DNA from: Eledone cirrhosa | Lineage: Eukaryota | DNA: 64,000 nt | Direction: 5' to 3' | Assembly: GCA_964016885.1 (NCBI GenBank) | Contig: OZ024741.1 | Location: 19,530,001-19,594,000 of the forward strand | Shown: positions 54,556 to 64,000 of the stretch, in pieces | Layout of the letters: every line of letters starts with the position of its first letter | How positions within the stretch are numbered: the first letter of the stretch is position 1 | Translations under genes and position numbers: made by a program | The notes under the pieces: model-generated | The model's database searches: none | What the model saw: only the letters and a program-made list of their open reading frames with translations | Told to the model about the DNA's origin: nothing

Positions 54556-54955
54556 ATATATTTGAAAAAAGGAAAAGAATGACTTCACTTGTAGTTCTAA
54601 ACAATTTAATTTTATATTATAATTTTACAATTTGGTTTTGTAGATCTAGTAAGTTCTTTGTCAAATTCGGTGGGAAATGTTTTAAAGATTCCGGGTAAAC
54701 TTTCCTGGAGAATTGTCAACCTAATCTCAGATTGACAATTACCACCGACGAATGCGAGAAAGTTCTCCAGGAAAGTTAACCAGGAATCTTAAAAAAATCT
54801 CCCCACCGAAGTTGACAAAGAACTTACTAGATCTACAAAACCAAATTGTAAAAATATATTATAAAATTAAATTGATTAGAACTACAAGTGAAGTCATTCT
54901 TTTCCTTTTTTCAAATATACCTAACTGTACCATGGATTTCACACATTTTCAAATA
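54556..54955. repeat. Older asymmetric fold-back with ~155-bp arms and a nested small hairpin
   Basis: 54557-54712 is inverted at 54762-54917, with scattered mismatches. Confidence 0.8.
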
Positions 54956-55059
54956 TATATACATACAGTCAGTAGGCACCTCTTAACTCAATGTACATCC
55001 CACACACCCTACCCCACCCCCCTTTCCCGTTCCGTCCACTGTGTCGATGACACAACAGT

Positions 55060-55272
55060 CCTTACTGTAAGGTGGCCGTGTAGGAGACACGGTGAAAAAG
55101 CTCCCAGTCCACACTGTAAATGTGGTTGGTGTGAAGAAGGGCATCCAGGTGTAAAAGAAAACCTGCCAGAGACGCTTCCGTGCGGGCGAGACATGGTCTC
55201 CTCCCGACCATTCCCGCATCAAATGGAACAAAACCGTCTAACCCATGCTAGCGTGGAAAATGGACGTTAAAC

Positions 55273-55304
<32 letters not shown>
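55060..55304 (+). mobile_element. SINE-like 3' region with a (GAT)n tail
   Basis: AAGGGCATCCAGGTGTAAAA block; 3' end GAAAATGGACGTTAAACGATGATG resembles the RTE end at ~58552. Confidence 0.6.
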
Positions 55305-55362
<58 letters not shown>

Positions 55363-55365
<3 letters not shown>

Positions 55366-55546
55366 CGAAGGAAGTGTGGTAAGGAACCAGGTGGACCATA
55401 ACGCACCAGAGTACTCAATACTTAGGGTAGTAGAGTGGGAAATAGGAAAACGTTCAAGACCCCGACGGCAGAGCTCGAGCCGTTTCGACGGCTACTTTTA
55501 ACCGTCGAAACGGCTCGAGCTCTGCCGTCGGGGTCTTGAACATTTT

Positions 55547-55550
<4 letters not shown>
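55363..55550. mobile_element. Fold-back family F1, copy E
   Basis: Same termini as the other copies; apex ~55497. Confidence 0.88.
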
Positions 55551-55607
<57 letters not shown>

Positions 55608-56334
55608 ATGTTCTAGTTTACTAACTAAAGGAAACGATAGTAAAACTGAATTTCTCTCCAATCCTCATGTAGAAACTGTTTTCCTTTTTACTCGTGATCT
55701 TATAAAATACATCAGAGTGGCTTTCTTCCATTGTGCGCATTCATCGTTTACATTGACAGTTTTCTAATATTATTTTATCATGTGTTTATTTTTTTTCTGA
55801 GAGGCCTTTATCTGTGTATTGTGTTACTGTTCATTGGTTTCCGATGTTTTGCTATGTCGATGTTTTATAACGATAACTTAGATTTCCGTTGTATTAATTG
55901 TTAATTACTAGGTTCCTCTGTTACAGTTCAGTGATTGTGAGTGATGATGTGTCTTAGGTTTCCTATTATGTCATTTCTTCCAGTCTTCTTATATCTAACT
56001 TTTACATAGATTGTTTATACAGATATCGAAAGATTGTAGTTGATACTTCAGACCACCAGAAGTGCATAACTCCAGTTCTTTATTCTTTGTGTATTCATGT
56101 TTAGAATAGGAACACCCCATTACTGCATCTCAAAGCGGGGACTAAGAATGTTGGCGTTAGGAAAAGCATCCGGACGTAAAACATTGCCTGGAAAGGGATT
56201 CCACGAAGATTATTAAGACTGCCAAGATTTAGCATGAACATGACCTGGAAATCTTTGTAGAAGCACGGCATTCCTTGGTCGTCAAACTGGAAATGAAAGT
56301 TTCCTTAAGAGATCACTAGAATAAGATCTTCCCT

Positions 56335-56600
56335 ACCTTACGGGGTCGATAAAATAAAGTACCAGTAATGCACTGGGTAATTGCTGGCCTTGTGCCTAAA
56401 GTAGAAACAATTATCTCTCATTATAAATTTATTCCAGGGTCTGACGCCATGCTTTGCAGCAAAGAGTTACGGCCTTTATGGTCTGAGTTCAAATCGCACC
56501 GAGGTTAACTTTGCCTTTCATCCTTACGAGGTCGATAAAATAAAGTACCAGTAATACACTGGTTAATTGCTGGCCTTGTGCCAAAAGTAGAAACAATTAT
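56335..56600 (+). mobile_element. Two tandem partial Meta-like SINEs
   Basis: CCTTACG.GGTCGATAAAATAAAGTACCAG..GTAGAAACAATTAT occurs twice. Confidence 0.75.
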
Positions 56601-56819
56601 AAATTTATTCCAGCTTCATTCATCCAGCCGTTTCGATGAATATGAACAAACACCACAAACTATGTTTTGTTTTTCTATAGGCTTTCATGTTCTGTATTGT
56701 AACCATTATAATAATGGTCTCTGGTCATCGGACCTGATTTCTCTTTGTGCCATCCACCCAGGGACTTGTGATTCACTGAGCTCTATTCCTCCTCCTTAAC
56801 TATGTTGTCATCACCTTTT

Positions 56820-56940
56820 ATCCCGGCGCTGCACCAATCACTACACCCAGTTCTTTCTTTCCAGAGTATTGACTGTCTGGAAATCCCACAATGCTTTGCT
56901 GATGTCGCTGACTTGCAAGACTTGGAACGGAACATAAATA
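56820..56940 (+). pseudogene. Possible CR1/L2/Jockey-group LINE C-terminal remnant
   Basis: RCTNHYTQFFLSRVLTVWK resembles the FF..R...WN terminal motif. Confidence 0.35.
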
Positions 56941-58033
56941 TAACATCAATAATACCGCTGGGCTCGAGGAGCTTATGAAGTCCACGGAAACAGATCAATA
57001 CATACAATACATACATATATACATACGTACATACACATACTCACATATACATAACACACGCACACACTTACATACATACATAGACACGTCACTCGTTCTG
57101 ATTGATCTACAAGATTCCAGACCTCATTCGCTTGCCGAGTGGGGTGGACCTCGTCAAATCAGACCAAGGAAACAAGGTTTCCTTTTGTCTTTCCATTGCT
57201 GATACTACCTACCGATTGCAATTCCTGGCAGAAATGAAATAAAGTGTCTTGCTCAAGGATATAACGCATCACCGTGTCCGAGAATTGAACTCTCTATCCA
57301 CTAAGCCACTTACGTATATACATACACACACATACATGTATGCATACATACACACATACACACAGTGGCGGACTGGGTCTAAAACTATTGGTTGCCAGGA
57401 GATAAAGGGGGCCCACCCACATATAGAATGCTATCATTTAATTTTTATAATGAATAAATAACATTTTCAAAAGTTACATAAATGAAAACAAAACAATGCA
57501 ATCAAATTTTTGCGGAAAAAATGTGTATTTTTTTTTACTAATTATAGTGTATATATATAGTGTATATATTACTGGCAGTATACAGTAATACTAAATGTTA
57601 ATACAGAATGTTATAATAAAATTTTTAAATAATAGTGAATATATAGTATATTGTATAGTATACTGTTATTTAGAGTAGAGTGTGCAGGCGATCGTTGTTA
57701 CCTCCTCCAATAAAAAATATAAACTACATTGCGAAATATACACATCCAGAGACTTACAATAAATGACCTTTGGCCTTTCACACTCTCTCAATATATATAG
57801 CTGGGAGTGTATGTGTGTGTACATGTACATGTGTATATATAGATTTATATATATGTATACATACATGTTTTCTACTTGTACAAAACTGATTTGGCGACTC
57901 ATTCTCCCTAGGGACTTTAGACTGAAGAACTGACCACTAATTGATTTTATATGTCTTTAACCCATTGATTTAAAAAAATGTATTTGACCAGCTGCTTCTG
58001 TGTATGTGTAAGTATATATATATATAAATGTAA

Positions 58034-58125
<92 letters not shown>

Positions 58126-58319
58126 ATGCATGCATGAATTATTACAGTAAGCCAGTGACTCCAACTGTTAGCACTATCATATATATTTGGTTTCTATTAA
58201 TTCCCCAGGGAATTGTTTGACCAAATGCTTTGTTTATCTATTTTAAAACTAATTTATTCTTTCTCTGAGACATTTGTTTAAAGATATTTGTTGAAAGCAA
58301 TGCATTGGACCCTAAAATA

Positions 58320-58585
58320 CTAGAGTGTGTTGGTATGGACATGTGATGCGCATGGAGGATGACCGCTGAGTAAAGAAATGCCAAGAAATCCCGGTGGAAG
58401 GAAGACGCAGTCGAGGAAGACCAGGAAAAACATGAACGGAGGTGGTGAGAACAGACCTCAGGTCACTGAAGCTCACGGAGGAGATGACAAAGGACCGTGA
58501 TGAATGGAGAGATGCTGTGCTTAATAAGGCCCGTCCCACCCTTACACGCAGGGAAAAGTGGACGTAAAATGATGATGACGATGGC
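58320..58585 (+). pseudogene. RTE LINE 3' fragment
   Basis: WYGHVMRMEDDR..VEGRRSRGRPGKT..DR..WR; degenerate GAT tail. Confidence 0.8.
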
Positions 58586-58674
58586 AAAGATATATTTATA
58601 TAATAGATTTTAAATGCTTAGAAAATAAGGGGAAGACCCTTAAAGATGGAAGAAGTATGCACACACACACACAC

Positions 58675-58779
<105 letters not shown>

Positions 58780-58809
58780 GGTCGAGTTTGGTCAGCAAAG
58801 ATTCTATAT

Positions 58810-58856
58810 ATTCCTGATGATTTCTAATGAATGAAACAGTTCTAGTCCTGTAGAAT
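58810..58856 (+). ncRNA. Type I hammerhead ribozyme
   Basis: attc CTGATGA tttc taat gaat GAAA cag ttctagtc ctg TA gaat; truncated relative at ~25117-25156. Confidence 0.78.
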
Positions 58857-58862
58857 CTCATC

Positions 58863-58898
<36 letters not shown>

Positions 58899-59437
58899 TG
58901 TATTTAGTGAAGAGACAGAATTCCTCCCAGTGGGTCCACCTATTTCAACTAGATTTCTACAAGTAGTTTTAAGGGATTCATTTTCTTATTTTCTTTGAAA
59001 ATACTTTCGGAAATCACCTGAAAACATCTGGATTAAATCTCACTGGTGGTGAATACATTTGATTAAATCCCGTTTGCGGTGCTCCAGCATGACCGCGGTC
59101 AAATAACTGAAACCAATAAAATAACAGATAAATAAAAGAATGTAAATGGCTTCTAGCCCCAACCTGATATTAAAATATTCATAACAATCTAGGTTTTAAT
59201 GGTTACTGATGTAGCAAAGCATGACCCAGCTGTCAACTGTGTATTTATTATGTTAATAAATCTCTACCTAGGGAGCCACATACATATTTATATTTTAATA
59301 AGTGACCTACGGTTATTGTGTTAAGGCACGTGGCTTACTGGTTAGGCTGTTTGACGCGGGGTCGTGAGATGGTGAGTTCGACTCCAGCTTGAAAGAGATA
59401 TTTTATTTCATGTCGCTTCAGTTCATTTATATATATA

Positions 59438-59621
59438 TAACAAATGAATTGTGGTAAGGAACTAGATGGACCATAACGCACCAGAGTACTTAATACTTAG
59501 GGTAGTAGAGTGGGAAATAGGAAAAAGTATCACCCCGACGGCAGAGCTCAAGCCGTTTCGACGGCTATTTCTGTCAAGAAATAGCCGTCGAAACGTCTTG
59601 AGCTCTGCCACCGGTGTCATA

Positions 59622-59626
<5 letters not shown>
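59438..59626. mobile_element. Fold-back family F1, copy F (older)
   Basis: Same tail with more substitutions; apex ~59574. Confidence 0.82.
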
Positions 59627-59666
<40 letters not shown>

Positions 59667-59793
59667 AGTTATCGATGGGGAGTATACTGGTTGGAATAAC
59701 AACAGTGTTGTTTACGTATATGTGTGTGTCTGTATCTGAGTTTGTGTGTTGTAATAGATAGATAGGGAGAGAGAGATAGATAGATATATAGAG

Positions 59794-59827
<34 letters not shown>

Positions 59828-60469
59828 AAAGGGAGGGAGAGAGAGAGGGGGTGAGAGAGATAGGTAGATAGATAAGTGTTTAGCCTACCTGTAAACACGT
59901 TGATCGTTGACTAGATCAATAGATCGTATATTGTAAAGGTAATCCGGTCAAAGTTTCTTTCCGAATCACTTGATGTGGTAATGAAGAAGAAAAGAAAGAA
60001 GAGAAAGAAAGGTTAATTAGTGAAAATAAATAAACAAAACAAAGTATAAACAAATAAATGAAACTATTTATATTCAACAGTCGTTTCTAGTTCACATATA
60101 CATATATAGACTTACACATACATACACATACATATATAGACTTACACATACATAGATAGACTTACACACGTATACATACACTCACACATATATAGCCTTA
60201 TATACACATAGACTTACACACACACATACACACACATACATATATATATATAGATAGATAGATAGATAGACTTAGACGCACATACAGTATATATATATAT
60301 ATATATATATAGACTTACACACATATATATGCACTTACACATACTCGTACACACACATCCATACGCACGATGTGTGTGTGTGTGTGTGCAATAAATGTAT
60401 GTATGTGTGTTTATTCACATAAATGTATATAACACATATACATATAATACATACGCACACCTATATATA

Positions 60470-60569
60470 CAGGGTGTCCCCAAAAATGTATTTACACTTC
60501 AACAGCATTCTAATAAATATTACCTATACAGGTAATCAAAGTCTGCATACATTTTTTGAGGACACCCTA
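60470..60569. mobile_element. ~100-bp Tc1/mariner-type MITE
   Basis: TIRs CAGGGTGTCCCCAAAAATGTAT and ATACATTTTTTGAGGACACCCT; preceded by TA. Confidence 0.65.
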
Positions 60570-60603
60570 CATACAATATATGTATATATATATATGCATA
60601 CAT

Positions 60604-60673
<70 letters not shown>

Positions 60674-61359
60674 GTACAGTTTTACAAAAGGTAGAAGCAG
60701 TAAGGAATATATAGAGCCGAGAGTAAATATATTATTTATAGCTGTAAAATTACTTAAACGACAGATCCTTGAATCGCAAGCTTCACAGCTAATAAATAAT
60801 GCTGTTGTTGGTTTAGTCTCTATATATATACTATGGTGTGGCTGTGTGGCTGTATGGCTGCGTGTGGCTGTGTGGCTGTGTGTGGCTGTGTGTGGCTGTG
60901 TGGATGTGTGGGTGTGTAGGTGGGTGGGTGTGTGTTCGTGTATGTAGGCGCCTACATAAGTGTGTCTCTGTATACATTACCAAACTGTGCTAATGGTAGA
61001 TGAGGACTTGCACGGGTGTCGGTACGCAAGCACGCCCGATTGTGTATATATCTGCCTGATATAGAGACAATGAGGGCATTATTTATGTATGTGTGAGTGT
61101 GTGTGTAGTTTTGTATATGTGAGTATGAATGTATCGATAAAAAAAAATGATATATATATAGGAAAAGAGTCAGGACCACAAACAGATCACACCTCGAGCT
61201 GTTCACCGGAGAAACAATTGTAATACGTTAATAAATTGTGTTCCGATGCATCACTGATTCTTCATTTCCATATTATACTCTGCTCTGAAGGAGCATAGAG
61301 TGCTCAACCGACATACCGCCTATGGACGCATCCAAGCAACCTTACTACAAATATATATA

Positions 61360-62268
61360 TACTAGCAGCAGTACCCAGTGTTGCCTGGGTAGTTAAAATA
61401 ATATCTGCTTTGATGAAAAGGTGTTGATCTTAGCGACTGCGAGTTTCTTGAAAATCGGTCGTAAGGCGTAGCAAATGGCGAAATGTTGAGTGAAATCGTA
61501 TGGAATATGTGGGAGGTGGAAGAAGCTAATGATAGGTCGCCGTCCTGAACAAAAAATGCAAAGGTGTGCAATGATAGGTTCTATCGTAGTATAAAAGTTG
61601 AACCAAATAAATTGATTTATGTGTGAGGTGGAGCCGAAGTTTCGAATTTGAACGAAATCGGTTGAAAAATGTGGGAGCTAGAGCCGAAAAGGCGGAAATT
61701 TGAGCGAAAAGGTGATATTTTCGAATATTTAAGCGGCTGCAACGCCGTTCCTGAACAAAAATTCCAAAATTTAAAGCCACTTTAAGACTTGAAATAATCA
61801 GATCTAGCGTAGTGTAAAATTTGAACAAAGTAGGTTGATTAATGTAGGAGCTAGAGCCGAAAAAGTGAAAATTTGAGTCTAAAAGTGGTATTTTTTAATA
61901 TTTAAGCGGCTGCCACGCCGTTCCTGAACAAGAAATGCAAAATATAAAGCCATTACAGGATGTGTAATGATAAATTCTATTTTGCTTTAAAATTTGAACG
62001 AAATCGGTGGCAAAATGTGGGAGCTAGAGCCAAAAATCTTATTTTTCGATATCTAAAAAAAGGTGACGCCCCTATCGATTTTTATCTGCAGAATGACCCC
62101 GGAATAAAAAAAAAAACGATACACTGATATATAGAAAACACTCCCCGATGACTAATCTATGAGCCTGTAAAGTTTCATGAAAATCGGTCGTAAGATGTAG
62201 GCCCCTATAGGTAATACACAGACACACCGACACACACACACATACTTAATTTTATATATATACAGATA
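61360..62268 (+). mobile_element. Non-autonomous Helitron/Helentron (DINE-like) element with internal tandem repeats
   Basis: Starts ACTAG..ACCCAG tgttgc CTGGGT hairpin; repeated AAATCGG..GGAGCTAGAGCC units; ends TTTTATATATATACAGAT. Confidence 0.65.
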
Positions 62269-62280
62269 TATATATATATA

Positions 62281-62662
62281 ACCAAAGATTAATATGGTTC
62301 ATTGATTACTCAATGAATATAGTTTTACAATAGATTAAAATCACTCTACAAAGAAGTTTTATCATATATATTTCGAAGGTACTGTGCTGTTTTTTCAGTA
62401 CGTCCTCGTCAGATAAAATACATTAATTGATGTATGACATACCTCAACGGTCTTGATGGTTCAATTCCAGTACTGGAATTCCAATACTGGAATTCCAATA
62501 CTGGAATTGAACCATCAAGACCATTGAGGTATGTCATACATTTCATGTATTTTATCTGACGAGGACGTACTGAAAAAACGGCACAGTACCTTCGAAATAT
62601 ATATAATAAAACATATATTTTGATTATGTGAATGTCTTCTTTTATTAATATTCTGAATAATA
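62281..62662. mobile_element. Fold-back insert with a hammerhead at 62550-62611
   Basis: 62357-62472 is inverted at ~62499-62611; ttttat CTGACGA ggacgtactg..cagtaccttc GAAA tatataTA ataaaa. Confidence 0.85.
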
Positions 62663-62674
62663 TATATATATATA

Positions 62675-62741
<67 letters not shown>

Positions 62742-63733
62742 ATCCACTGGTCCCTATGAACTTTGAAACAATAATATTTAAATTACAACTTCAAAGTCTT
62801 CTTATTTAATGAGTTACGGAGGCGACAGTAGAAGAAACTTTACCTGGTTCGGTTGCTCTTATAATTCACTAAATAAGAGAAGCTTTTTACGTTTAACACG
62901 GGCCGATCCTTCTGAGTGGTAACATAGTGTATATTAGTAATAGAGCGGTTGAACATTGGATTGTCCCGGCCCCATGGGTTTCTGCAACAGTTGACTGCAC
63001 TAGGAGATACGGTTCGAATCTGCTATATATCACTACATATTCAAATATACAAAACTTCATTGTTTGGCGCAGCTGAGATAATAGGTTCACTTAACAAAAC
63101 TATTTTCGCCCTCCCTATCCTCCACCTTTTAATTATTTCTCTACCTTTTTTTTCTGATTATAAAAATTATTAGATTTTCAACAATATCTGAGAATTGGTA
63201 CAATTTCACCTGGTTACATAATTCTTCCTGTGAATGGGCGTGTCTTAATAGTTATATTGTTTGCAGCGTCGTGAGTTCAAATCCCGGCGGTGCGATGTGT
63301 TCTTGAGGAAGACATTAAACTTCTCACAGTCCTAGTCGACTCCACTGACATTGGTTTCACCTCTCATTCAAGAGGGCCAGCTCTTCACATGCTTCATCCC
63401 GTTGAGACTCGTCGAGAATTACGTTAAGGGTTCACGTGTATATATATGGACTCATCAGCTATTTTCACCTTAATTTCATAAGCCGGCTCCTCTCTTCTCA
63501 GCCGGACCACTCTGAACATGTAGAAAAAACCCGGAACAATCAGAACACTCATCGTCGAAACCAGTGGAGGTCTGATACATAATTCACCCAGTTTATCGAT
63601 GAGAACACATTCATTGTATCTGACAAATCAAGGGCAGTGGAAGCATTTCTGAATTGGGGTGGAGAGGGGGGCAAATTTAGCCAATTTAGTTATAAGTGAT
63701 TAGTTTAGCTGTTATTATCAAATATCAACGGTG

Positions 63734-63919
63734 GATTGGGAGTATCGGTAGATGGTCGGACGCCATGCTTAGACGCATAGAGTTACGGCCCTTGCCATTC
63801 TGAGTTCAAATACCGCCGAGGTTAACTTTGCCTTTCATCCTTACGGGGTCGATAAAATAAAGTACCAGTAATGCACTGGGATAATTGCTGGCCTTGTGCC
63901 AAAAGTAGAAACAATTATT
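63734..63919 (+). mobile_element. tRNA-derived Meta-like SINE
   Basis: Same family as 15733-15917. Confidence 0.8.
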
Positions 63920-64000
63920 ATCAAATATCAACCAAGATATAAAATACTTCGATATGCGATAAACATAACATGTAGATAAACTGTAGCGTATATAGAAATA

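Overview
Eukaryotic, animal-type non-genic DNA that is extremely microsatellite-rich. The repeat landscape suggests a cephalopod or other mollusc (inference only), and I could not identify a host gene. Four young copies of an L1/Tx1-clade non-LTR retrotransposon form two head-to-tail arrays, with every visible junction inside a (TATC)n tract. Many Penelope-like elements (PLEs) sit in (TA)n, including several CxCx5Cx5C GIY-YIG (Hydra-type) families and one Nematis/Neptune-type family. Around 15-20 hammerhead-ribozyme motifs can be read by eye, including U3-A8 covariants. Many non-coding asymmetric fold-back inserts have fixed ends and a variable apex, and one 470-nt hammerhead-bounded tandem unit resembles a retrozyme. 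The rest is tRNA-derived SINEs, RTE/CR1/RNase H LINE remnants, mariner remnants, a Helentron/DINE-like element and minisatellites. Most short ORFs in the supplied track are microsatellite or antisense artefacts. All alignments and RNA folds were done by eye, so coordinates may be off by a few bases.
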